This document shows, piece after piece, positions 12,926 through 27,300 of a stretch of DNA of 64,000 nt. Position numbers and translations under genes: made by a program. This DNA comes from Eledone cirrhosa (taxonomy: Eukaryota), in NCBI GenBank assembly GCA_964016885.1, contig OZ024743.1:219914001-219978000 (forward strand), in the 5' to 3' direction. Position 1 is the stretch's first letter. The number at the start of each line of letters is the position of its first letter. The notes beneath the pieces are model-generated. The model did no database searches and was not told the DNA's origin. It worked only from the letters and a program-made list of their open reading frames with translations.

Positions 12926-13137
12926 ATAATAAATTTGAAGACTAAAATCCAAAGAGGGCTCGATAAGGATAAATATATATCAAATGTAGAGCAAATATTT
13001 ATTAAAATAACGGATTAAAGTTTAAGCAAAGAATCGCTGCTTTCACCCTTCTGAAACTATCTGAGTTTCAGAAGATCCTGTTAAGGGTGAAAGCAGCGAT
13101 TCTTTGCTTAAACTTTAATCTGTTATTTTAATAAATA
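12921..13137. mobile_element. (TA)n-embedded foldback element with 55-bp inverted arms and a nested 11-bp hairpin
   Basis: 12996-13050 versus 13083-13137 are 54/55 complementary. Inner hairpin CTTCTGAAACT(13048-58)/AGTTTCAGAAG(13064-74). Termini are shared with 7076-7112. Confidence 0.75.
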
Positions 13138-13138
13138 A

Positions 13139-13209
<71 letters not shown>

Positions 13210-13212
<3 letters not shown>

Positions 13213-13291
13213 CGAAGGAAGTGTGGTAAGGACCCAGATGGACCATAACGCACCAGAGTACTCAATATTTAGGGTAGTAGAGTGGGTAATA
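13210..13291 (+). repeat. (TA)n-associated 83-bp element, copy C
   Basis: Homologous to 6104-6186 with a few substitutions; (TA)n immediately 5' and again about 20 bp beyond its 3' end. Confidence 0.88.
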
Positions 13292-13311
13292 TCACAACGC
13301 TTGATATAGTA

Positions 13312-13374
<63 letters not shown>

Positions 13375-13453
13375 TATATATATATATTTGAGAATCCGTT
13401 GGGTGAAACGCGCGTCCTCGAGTATAGTTTGCTAATTTATTGTGGAACTAACT

Positions 13454-14480
<1,027 letters not shown>

Positions 14481-15301
14481 GTGTATATCTATTATGTATG
14501 TATTTTTTAATTTTCTTATCGTCGGTGTCATCTTGAGTGTCTTTCTCTGCAGGTGTGTTTCGTATATGTATGGTTTTCTTTGTTATTTTTTTTTTTATTT
14601 CTTAATGGTTTCCAACAGGAGAAGGATGGGGGTGGGGGTGGGGGTCGTGTTCATGACCTTCCTGTGCTCTCCGAGACTTCTATAATTGATGTGGTTGATA
14701 ATAGTGTGTGGACGCAGCAAGTGTCATTTATCATAGCCTCGGGTCGTCCTATGCGTTGTAAGGGTATCCGGGTCGACGGAAACTGTTTGGAAGCCCGTCT
14801 GATGGACTGCACCTGCATTTCAAAGAGCCAGTCTTGTGTAACGCTGAATCTCACAGAGAACTACTACTTTAAAAGTACACGTGTCTTTGGAATGCTCATC
14901 CATTTACACGTTAATTTTATGAGCAGGCTGTTCCGTTGATCGAATAACTGGAATATTCATCGTCGAGACTGACGGAGGTCCATTATATTCCAATTCAATT
15001 GAAACAGCTGCAACAACTAGATGAATGTGGGAGGGGTAATGTAGGTGGGGGGAATATAGGTGGTAAGGGAATAGCAGGGTATTGAGGTTCTGCGAGAGTA
15101 AGGATTCAAGGAGAACGGTGGTTAGTGCAGGTCCTAGACTAGAAGACAAAGAATGAGTAGCGAAAGGAGAAGAGAGGCAACGGTGCTATGTTAGTGAGCC
15201 GTCTACCACAGTATCCGTAGTTTATGATGTATAATAAACTTAGCTGTCTATCGGGTAAAGCTTAGGTTTAATTTTAGGGTTAGTTTTTATAGTTAAGGAA
15301 G

Positions 15302-18300
15302 ACTGCAAATATTCAGGTAGACAACACGCTAAACTAGAAATGTGCAGGGTAGATAGCACACTGATCTGTAAATATTCAGGTAGACAACACCTTAAACTAG
15401 AAATGTGCAGGGTAGATAGCACACTGAACTGTAAATATTCAGGTAGACAACACGTTAAACTAGAAATGTGCAGGGTAGATAGCACACTGATCTGTAAATA
15501 TTCAGGTAGACAACACCTTAAACTAGAAATGTGCAGGGTAGATAGCACACTGAACTGTAAATATTCAGGTAGACAACACCTTAAACTAGAAATGTGCAGG
15601 GTAGATAGCACACTGAACTGTAAATATTCAGGTAGACAACACCTTAAACTAGAAATGTGCAGGGTAGATAGCACACTGATCTGTAAATATTCAGTTAGAC
15701 AACACGTTAAACTAGAAATGTGCAGGGTAGATAGCACACTGAACTGTAAATATTCAGGTAGACAACACCTTAAACTAGAAATGTGCAGGGTAGATAGCAC
15801 ACTGATCTGTAAATATTCAGGTAGACAACACCTTAAACTAGAAATGTGCAGGGTAGATAGCACACTGATCTGTAAATATTTAGGTAGACAACACGTTAAA
15901 CTAGAAATGTGCAGGGTAGATAGCACACTGATCTGTAAATATTCAGGTAGACAACACCTTAAACTAGAAATGTGCAGGGTAGGTAGCACACTGATCTGTA
16001 AATATTCAGGTAGACAACACGTTAAACTAGAAATGTGCAGGGTAGATAGCACACTGATCTGTAAATATTCAGGTAGACAACACGTTAAACTAGAAATGTG
16101 CAGGGTAGATAGCACACTGATCTGTAAATATTTAGGTAGACAACACCTTAAACTAAAAATGTGCAGGGTAGATAGCACACTGATCTGTAAATATTCAGGT
16201 AGACAACACGTTAAACTAGAAATGTGCAGGGTAGATAGCACACTGATCTGTAAATAATCAGGTAGACAACACGTTAAACTATAAATGTGCAGGGTAGATA
16301 GCACACTGATCTGTAAATATTCAGGTAGACAACACGTTAAACTAGAAATGTGCAGGGTAGATAGCACACTGATCTGTAAATATTCAGGTAGACAACACCT
16401 TAAACTAGAAATGTGCAGGGTAGATAGCACACTGATCCGTAAATATTCAGGTAGACAACACGTTAAACTAGAAATATGCAGGGTAGATAGCACACTGAAC
16501 TGTAAATATTCAGGTAGACAAGACCTTAAACTAGAAATGTGCAGGGTAGATAGCACACTGATCCGTAAATATTCAGGTAGACAACACCTTAAACTAGAAA
16601 TGTGCAGGGTAGATAGTACACTGATCCGTAAATATTCAGGTAGACAACACGTTAAACTAGAAATGTGCAGGGTAGATAGCACACTGAACTGTAAATATTC
16701 AGGTAGACAACACCTTAAACTAGAAATGTGCAGGGTAGATAGCACACTGAACTGTAAATATTCAGGTAGACAACAACTTAAACTAGAAATGTGCAGGGTA
16801 GATAGCACACTGATCTGTAAATATTCAGGTAGACAACACCTTAAACTAGAAATGTGCAGGGTAGATAGCACACTGAACTGTAAATATTCAGGTAGACAAC
16901 ACCTTAAACTAGAAATGTGCAGGGTAGATAGCACACTGAACTGTAAATATTCAGGTAGACAACAACTTAAACTAGAAATGTGCAGGGTAGATAGCACACT
17001 GATCTGTAAATATTCAGGTAGACAACACCTTAAACTAGAAATGTGCAGGGTAGATAGCACACTGAACTGTAAATATTCAGGTAGACAACAACTTAAACTA
17101 GAAATGTGCAGGGTAGATAGCACACTGATCTGTAAATATTCAGGTAGACAACACCTTAAACTAGAAATGTGCAGGGTAGATAGCACACTGAACTGTAAAT
17201 ATTCAGGTAGACAACAACTTAAACTAGAAATGTGCAGGGTAGATAGCACACTGATCTGTAAATATTCAGGTAGACAACACGTTAAACTAGAAATGTGCAG
17301 GGTAGATAGCACACTGATCTGTAAATATTCAGGTAGACAACACGTTAAACTGGAAATGTGCAGGGTAGATAGCACACTGATCTGTAAATATTCAGGTAGA
17401 CAACACGTTAAACTAGAAATGTGCAGGGTAGATAGCACACTGATCTGTAAATATTCAGGTAGACAACACCTTAAACTAGAAATGTGCAGGGTAGATAGCA
17501 CACTGATCTGTAAATATTCAGGTCGACAACACGTTAAACTAGAAATGTGCAGGGTAGATAGCACACTGATCTGTAAATATTCAGGTAGACAACACGTTAA
17601 ACTAGAAATGTGCAGGGTAGATAGCACACTGAACTGTAAATATTCAGGTAGACAACACCTTAAACTAGAAATGTGCAGGGTAGATAGCACACTCATCTGT
17701 AAATATTCAGGTAGACAACACCTTAAACTAGAAATGTGCAGGGTAGATAGCACACTGAACTGTAAATATTCAGGTAGACAACACCTTAAACTAGAAATGT
17801 GCAGGGTAGATAGCACACTGAACTGTAGATATTCAGGTAGACAACACGTTAAACTAGAAATGTGCAGGGTAGATAGCACACGGATCTGTAAATATTCAGG
17901 TAGACAACACCTTAAACTAAAAATGTGCAGGGTAGATAGCACAATGAACTGTAAATATTCAGGTAGACAACACGTTAATCTAGAAATGTGCAGGGTAGAT
18001 AGCACACTGATCTGTAAATATTCAGGTAGACAACACGTTAAACTAGAAATGTGCAGGGTAGATAGCACACTGATCTGTAAATATTCAGGTAGACAACACG
18101 TTAAACAAGAAATGTGCAGGGTAGATAGCACACTGATCTGTAAATATTCAGGTAGACAACACGTTAAACTAGAAATGTGCAGGGTAGATAGCACACTGAT
18201 CTGTAAATATTCAGGTAGACAACACGTTAAACTAGAAATGTGCAGGGTAGATAGCACACTGAATTGTAAATATTCAGGTAGACAACAGGTTAAACTAGAA

Positions 18301-21300
18301 ATGTGCAGGGTAGATAGCACACTGATCTGTAAATATTCAGGTAGACAACACCTTAAACTAGAAATGTGAAGGGTAGATAGCACACTGATCTGTAAATATT
18401 CAGGTAGACAACACGTTAAACTAGAAATGTGCAGGGTAGATAGCACACTGATCTGTAAATATTCAGGTAGACAACAAGTTAAACTAGAAATGTGCAGGTT
18501 AGATAGCACACTGAACTGTAAATATTCAGTTAGACAACACCTTAAAATAGAAATGTGCAGGGTAGATAGCACACTGATCTGTAAATATTCAGGTAGACAA
18601 CACGTTAAACTAGAAATGTGCAGGGTAGATAGCACACTGATCTGTAAATATTCAGGCAGACAACACCTTAAACTAGAAATGTGCAGGGTAGATAGCACAC
18701 TGAACTGTAAATATTCAGGTAGACAACACGTTAAACTAGAAATGTGCAGGGTAGATAGCACACTGATCTGTAAATATTCAAGTAGACAACACGTTAAACT
18801 AGAAATGTGCAGGGTAGATAGCACACTGATCTGTAAATATTCAGGTAGACAACACGTTAAACTAGAAATGTGCAGGGTAGATAGCACACTGATCTGTAAA
18901 TATTCAGGTAGACAACACGTTAAACTAGAAATGTGCAGGGTAGATAGCACACTGATCTGTAAATATTCAGGTAGACAACACGTTAAACTAGAAATGTGCA
19001 GGGTAGATAGCACACTGATCTGTAAATATTCAGGTAGACAACACGTTAAACTAGAAATGTGCAGAGTAGATAGCACACTGATCTGTAAATATTCAGGTCG
19101 ACAACACGTTAAACTAGAAATGTGCAGGGTAGATAGCACACTGAACTGTAAATATTCAGGTAGACAACACCTTAAACTAGAAATGTGCAGGGTAGATAGC
19201 ACACTGAACTGTAAATATTCAGGTAGACAACACCTTAAACTAGAAATGTGCAGGGTAGATAGCACACTGAACTGTAGATATTCAGGTAGACAACACGTTA
19301 AACTAGAAATGTGCAGGGTAGATAGCACACGGATCTGTAAATATTCAGGTAGACAACACCTTAAACTAGAAATGTGCAGGGTAGATAGCACACTGAACTG
19401 TAAATATTCAGGTAGACAACACGTTAATCTAGAAATGTGCAGGGTAGATAGCACACTGATCTGTAAATATTCAGGTAGACAACACCTTAAACTAGAAATG
19501 TGCAGGGTAGATAGCACACTGATCTGTAAATATTCAGGTAGACAACACGTTAAACTAGAAATGTGCAGGGTAGATAGCACACTGATCTGTAAATATTCAG
19601 GTAGACAACACGTTAAACTAGAAATGTGCAGGGTAGATAGCACACTGATCTGTAAATATTCAGGTAGACAACACGTTAAACTAGAAATGTGCAGGGTAGA
19701 TAGCACACTGATCTGTAAATATTCAGGTAGACAACACCTTAAAATAGAAATGTGCAGGGTAGATAGCACACTGATCTGTAAATATTCAGGTAGACAACAC
19801 GTTAAACTAGAAATGTGCAGGGTAGATAGCACACTGATCTGTAAATATTCATGTAGACAACACCTTAAACTAGAAATGTGCAGGTTAGATAGCACACTGA
19901 TCTGTAAATATTCAGGTAGACAACACCTTAAACTAGAAATGTGCAGGGTAGATAGCACACTGAACTGTAAATATTCAGGTAGACAACACGTTAAACTAGA
20001 AATGTGCAGGGTAGATAGCACACTGATCTGTAAATATTCAGGTCGACAACACGTTAAACTAGAAATGTGCAGGGTAGATAGCACACTGATCTGTAAATAT
20101 TCAGGTAGACAACACCTTAAACTAGAAATGTGCAGGGTAGATAGCACACTGAACTGTAAATATTCAGGTAGACAACACCTTAAACTAGAAATGTGCAGGG
20201 TAGATAGCACACTGATCTGTAAATATTCAGGTAGACAACACCTTAAACTAGAAATGTGCAGGGTAGATAGCACACTGAACTGTAAATATTCAGGTCGACA
20301 ACACGTTAAACTAGAAATGTGCAGGGTAGATAGCACACTGATCTGTAAATATTCAGGTAGACAACACCTTAAATTAGAAATGTGCAGGGTAGATAGCACA
20401 CTGAACTGTAAATATTCAGGTAGACAACACCTTAAACTAGAAATGTGCAGGGTAGATAGCACACTGATCTGTAAATATTAAGGTAGACAACACGTTAAAC
20501 TAGAAATGTGCAGGGTAGATAGCACACTGATCTGTAAATATTAAGGTAGACAACACGTTAAACTAGAAATGTGCAGGGTAGATAGCACACTGAACTGTAA
20601 ATATTCAGGTAGACAACACGTTAGACTAGAAATGTGCAGGGTAGATAGCACACTGATCTGTAAATATTAAGGTAGACAACACGTTAAACTAGAAATGTGC
20701 AGGGTAGATAGCACACTGAACTGTAAATATTCAAGTAGACAACACCTTAAACTAGAAATGTGCAGGGTAGATAGCACACTGATCTGTAAATATTCAGGTA
20801 GACAACACGTTAAACTAGAAATGTGCAGGGTAGATAGCACACTGAACTGTAAATATTCAAGTAGACAACACCTTAAACTAGAAATGTGCAGGGTAGATAG
20901 CACACTGATCTGTAAATATTCAGGTAGACAACACCTTAAACTAGAAATGTGCAGGGTAGATAGCACACTGATCTGTAAATATTCAGGTATACAACACGTT
21001 AAACTAGAAATGTGCAGGGTAGATAGCACACTGATCTGTAAATATTCAGGTAGACAACACGTTAAACTAGAAATATGCAGGGTAGATAGCACACTGAACT
21101 GTAAATATTCAGGTAGACAACACGTTAAACTAGAAATGTGCAGGGTAGATAGCACACTCATCTGTAAATATTCAGGTAGACAACACCTTAAACTAGAAAT
21201 GTGCAGGGTAGATAGCACACTGATCTGTAAATATTCAGGTAGACAACACGTTAAACTAGAAATGTGCAGGGTAGATAGCACACTGAACTGTAAATATTCA

Positions 21301-24300
21301 GGTAGACAACACGTTAAACTAGAAATGTGCACGGTAGATAGCACACTGAACTGTAAATATTCAGGTAGACAACACGTTAAACTAGAAATGTGCAGGGTAG
21401 ATAGCACACTGATCTGTAAATATTAAGGTAGACAACACGTTAAACTAGAAATGTGCAGGGTAGATAGCACACTGAACTGTAAATATTCAGGTAGACAACA
21501 CCTTAAACTAGAAATGTGCAGGGTAGATAGCACACTGATCTGTAAATATTCAGGTAGACAACACGTTAAACTAGAAATGTGCAGGGTAGATAGCACACTG
21601 AACTGTAAATATTCAGGTAGACAACACCTTAAACTAGAAATGTGCAGGGTAGATAGCACACTGATCTGTAAATATTCAGGTAGACAACACCTTAAATTAG
21701 AAATGTGCAGGGTAGATAGCACACTGAACTGTAAATATTCAGGTAGACAACACCTTAAACTAGAAATGTGCAGGGTAGATAGCACACTGATCTGTAAATA
21801 TTTAGGTAGACAACACGTTAAACTAGAAATGTGCAGGGTAGATAGCACACTGATCTGTAAATATTCAGGTAGACAACACCTTAAACTAGAAATGTGCAGG
21901 GTAGGTAGCACACTGATCTGTAAATATTCAGGTAGACAACACGTTAAACTAGAAATGTGCAGGGTAGATAGCACACTGATCTGTAAATATTCAGGTAGAC
22001 AACACGTTAAACTAGAAATGTGCAGGGTAGATAGCACACTGATCTGTAAATATTTAGGTAGACAACACCTTAAACTAGAAATGTGCAGGGTAGATAGCAC
22101 ACTGATCTGTAAATATTCAGGTAGACAACACGTTAAACTAGAAATGTGCAGGGTAGATAGCACACTGATCTGTAAATATTCAGGTAGACAACACGTTAAA
22201 CTATAAATGTGCAGGGTAGATAGCACACTGATCTGTAAATATTCAGGTAGACAACACGTTAAACTAGAAATGTGCAGGGTAGATAGCACACTGATCTGTA
22301 AATATTCAGGTAGACAACACGTTAAACTAGAAATGTGCAGGGTAGATAGCACACTGATCCGTAAATATTCAGGTAGACAACACGTTAAACTAGAAATATG
22401 CAGGGTAGATAGCACACTGAACTGTAAATATTCAGGTAGACAAGACGTTAAACTAGAAATGTGCAGGGTAGATAGCACACTGATCCGTAAATATTCAGGT
22501 AGACAACACCTTAAACTAGAAATGTGCAGGGTAGATAGTACACTGATCCGTAAATATTCAGGTAGACAACACGTTAAACTAGAAATGTGCAGGGTAGATA
22601 GCACACTGAACTGTAAATATTCAGGTAGACAACACCTTAAACTAGAAATGTGCAGGGTAGATAGCACACTGAACTGTAAATATTCAGGTAGACAACAACT
22701 TAAACTAGAAATGTGCAGGGTAGATAGCACACTGATCTGTAAATATTCAGGTAGACAACACCTTAAACTAGAAATGTGCAGGGTAGATAGCACACTGAAC
22801 TGTAAATATTCAGGTAGACAACACCTTAAACTAGAAATGTGCAGGGTAGATAGCACACTGAACTGTAAATATTCAGGTAGACAACAACTTAAACTAGAAA
22901 TGTGCAGGGTAGATAGCACACTGATCTGTAAATATTCAGGTAGACAACACCTTAAACTAGAAATGTGCAGGGTAGATAGCACACTGAACTGTAAATATTC
23001 AGGTAGACAACAACTTAAACTAGAAATGTGCAGGGTAGATAGTACACTGATCTGTAAATATTCAGGTAGACAACACCTCAAACTAGAAATGTGCAGGGTA
23101 GATAGCACACTGAACTCTAAATATTCAGGTAGACAACAACTTAAAATAGAAATGTGCAGGGTAGATAGCACACTGATCTGTAAATATTCAGGTAGACAAC
23201 ACCTTAAACTAGAAATGTGCAGGGTAGATAGCACACTGAACTGTAAATATTCAGGTAGACAACAACTTAAACTAGAAATGTGCAGGGTAGATAGCACACT
23301 GATCTGTAAATATTCAGGTAGACAACACCTTAAACTAGAAATGTGCAGGGTAGATAGCACACTGAACTGTAAATATTCAGGTAGACAACAACTTAAACTA
23401 GAAATGTACAGGGTAGATAGCACACTGATCTGTAAATATTCAGGTAGACAACACCTTAAACTAGAAATGTGCAGGGTAGATAGCACACTGAACTGTAAAT
23501 ATTCAGGTAGACAACACGTTAAACTAGAAATGTGCAGGATAGATAGCACACTGAATTGTAAATATTCAGGTAGACAACAGGTTAAACTAGAAATGTGCAG
23601 GGTAGGTAGCACACTGAACTGTAAATATTCAGGTAGACAACACCTTAAAATAGAAATGTGCAGGGTAGATAGCACACTGATCTGTAAATATTCAGGTAGA
23701 CAACACGTTAAACTAGAAATGTGCAGGGTAGATAGCACACTGATCTGTAAATATTCAGGTAGACAACACCTTAAACTAGAAATGTGCAGGGTAGATAGCA
23801 CACTGAACTGTAAATATTCAGGTAGACAACACGTTAAACTAGAAATGAGCAGGGTAGATAGCACACTGATCTGTAAATATTCAGGTAGACAACACGTTAA
23901 ACTAGAAATGTGCAGGGTAGATAGCACACTGATCTGTAAATATTCAGGTAGACAACACGTTAAACTAGAAATGTGCAGGGTAGATAGCACACTGATCTGT
24001 AAATATTCAGGTAGACAACACGTTAAACTGGAAATGTGCAGGGTAGATAGCACACTGATCTGTAAATATTCAGGTAGACAACACGTTAAACTAGAAATGT
24101 GCAGGGTAGATAGCACACTGATCTGTAAATATTCAGGTAGACAACACCTTAAACTAGAAATGTGCAGGGTAGATAGCACACTGATCTGTAAATATTCAGG
24201 TCGACAACACGTTAAACTAGAAATATGCAGGGTAGATAGCACACTGATCTGTAAATATTCAGGTAGACAACACGTTAAACTAGAAATGTGCAGGGTAGAT

Positions 24301-27300
24301 AGCACACTGAACTGTAAATATTCAGGTAGACAACACCTTAAACTAGAAATATGCAGGGTAGATAGCACACTCATCTGTAAATATTCAGGTAGACAACACC
24401 TTAAACTAGAAATGTGCAGGGTAGATAGCACACTGAACTGTAAATATTCAGGTAGACAACACCTTAAACTAGAAATGTGCAGGGTAGATAGCACACTGAA
24501 CTGTAGATATTCAGGTAGACAACACGTTAAACTAGAAATGTGCAGGGTAGATAGCACACGGATCTGTAAATATTCAGGTAGACAACACCTTAAACTAGAA
24601 ATGTGCAGGGTAGATAGCACAATGAACTGTAAATATTCAGGTAGACAACACGTTAATCTAGAAATGTGCAGGGTAGATAGCACACGGATCTGTAAATATT
24701 CAGGTAGACAACACCTTAAACTAGAAATGTGCAGGGTAGATAGCACAATGAACTGTAAATATTCAGGTAGACAACACGTTAATCTAGAAATGTGCAGGGT
24801 AGATAGCACACTGATCTGTAAATATTCAGGTAGACAACACGTTAAACTAGAAATGTGCAGGGTAGATAGCACACTGATCTGTAAATATTCAGGTAGACAA
24901 CACGTTAAACTAGAAATGTGCAGGGTAGATAGCACACTGATCTGTAAATATTCAGGTAGACAACACGTTAAACTAGAAATGTGCAGGGTAGATAGCACAC
25001 TGATCTGTAAATATTCAGGTAGACAACACGTTAAACTAGAAATGTGCAGGGTAGATAGCACACTGAATTGTAAATATTCAGGTAGACAACAACTTAAACT
25101 AGAAATGTGCAGGGTAGATAGTACACTGATCTGTAAATATTCAGGTAGACAACACCTCAAACTAGAAATGTGCAGGGTAGATAGCACACTGAACTCTAAA
25201 TATTCAGGTAGACAACAACTTAAAATAGAAATGTGCAGGGTAGATAGCACACTGATCTGTAAATATTCAGGTAGACAACACCTTAAACTAGAAATGTGCA
25301 GGGTAGATAGCACACTGAACTGTAAATATTCAGGTAGACAACAACTTAAACTAGAAATGTGCAGGGTAGATAGCACACTGATCTGTAAATATTCAGGTAG
25401 ACAACACCTTAAACTAGAAATGTGCAGGGTAGATAGCACACTGAACTGTAAATATTCAGGTAGACAACAACTTAAACTAGAAATGTACAGGGTAGATAGC
25501 ACACTGATCTGTAAATATTCAGGTAGACAACACCTTAAACTAGAAATGTGCAGGGTAGATAGCACACTGAACTGTAAATATTCAGGTAGACAACACGTTA
25601 AACTAGAAATGTGCAGGGTAGATAGCACACTGATCTGTAAATATTCAGGTAGACAACACGTTAAACTAGAAATGTGCAGGGTAGATAGCACACTGATCTG
25701 TAAATATTCAGGTAGACAACACGTTAAACTAGAAATGTGCAGGGTAGATAGCACACTGATCTGTAAATATTCAGGTAGACAACACCTTAAACTAGAAATG
25801 TGCAGGGTAGATAGGACACTGAACTGTAAATATTCAGGTAGACAACACCTTAAACTAGAAATATGCAGGGTAGATAGCACACTCATCTGTAAATATTCAG
25901 GTAGACAACACCTTAAACTAGAAATGTGCAGGGTAGATAGCACACTGAACTGTAAATATTCAGGTAGACAACACCTTAAACTAGAAATGTGCAGGGTAGA
26001 TAGCACACTGAACTGTAGATATTCAGGTAGACAACACGTTAAACTAGAAATGTGCAGGGTAGATAGCACACGGATCTGTAAATATTCAGGTAGACAACAC
26101 CTTAAACTAGAAATGTGCAGGGTAGATAGCACAATGAACTGTAAATATTCAGGTAGACAACACGTTAATCTAGAAATGTGCAGGGTAGATAGCACACGGA
26201 TCTGTAAATATTCAGGTAGACAACACCTTAAACTAGAAATGTGCAGGGTAGATAGCACAATGAACTGTAAATATTCAGGTAGACAACACGTTAATCTAGA
26301 AATGTGCAGGGTAGATAGCACACTGATCTGTAAATATTCAGGTAGACAACACGTTAAACTAGAAATGTGCAGGGTAGATAGCACACTGATCTGTAAATAT
26401 TCAGGTAGACAACACGTTAAACTAGAAATGTGCAGGGTAGATAGCACACTGATCTGTAAATATTCAGGTAGACAACACGTTAAACTAGAAATGTGCAGGG
26501 TAGATAGCACACTGATCTGTAAATATTCAGGTAGACAACACGTTAAACTAGAAATGTGCAGGGTAGATAGCACACTGAATTGTAAATATTCAGGTAGACA
26601 ACAACTTAAACTAGAAATGTGCAGGGTAGATAGTACACTGATCTGTAAATATTCAGGTAGACAACACCTCAAACTAGAAATGTGCAGGGTAGATAGCACA
26701 CTGAACTCTAAATATTCAGGTAGACAACAACTTAAAATAGAAATGTGCAGGGTAGATAGCACACTGATCTGTAAATATTCAGGTAGACAACACCTTAAAC
26801 TAGAAATGTGCAGGGTAGATAGCACACTGAACTGTAAATATTCAGGTAGACAACAACTTAAACTAGAAATGTGCAGGGTAGATAGCACACTGATCTGTAA
26901 ATATTCAGGTAGACAACACCTTAAACTAGAAATGTGCAGGGTAGATAGCACACTGAACTGTAAATATTCAGGTAGACAACAACTTAAACTAGAAATGTAC
27001 AGGGTAGATAGCACACTGATCTGTAAATATTCAGGTAGACAACACCTTAAACTAGAAATGTGCAGGGTAGATAGCACACTGAACTGTAAATATTCAGGTA
27101 GACAACACGTTAAACTAGAAATGTGCAGGATAGATAGCACACTGAATTGTAAATATTCAGGTAGACAACAGGTTAAACTAGAAATGTGCAGGGTAGGTAG
27201 CACACTGAACTGTAAATATTCAGGTAGACAACACCTTAAAATAGAAATGTGCAGGGTAGATAGCACACTGATCTGTAAATATTCAGGTAGACAACACGTT

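Noticed and set aside
14904-15149. Minus-strand 81-aa ORF as Nkx2.2 exon 1
   Set aside because: TTG start, no TN/eh1 motif and no recognisable NK2 N-terminal similarity; cannot be fully excluded without transcripts.
15262-15283. Telomere-like TTAGG/TTAGGG next to the satellite edge (also (TAACC)3 at ~8021-8035)
   Set aside because: Only one to three degenerate units; too short to indicate a telomere or healing event.
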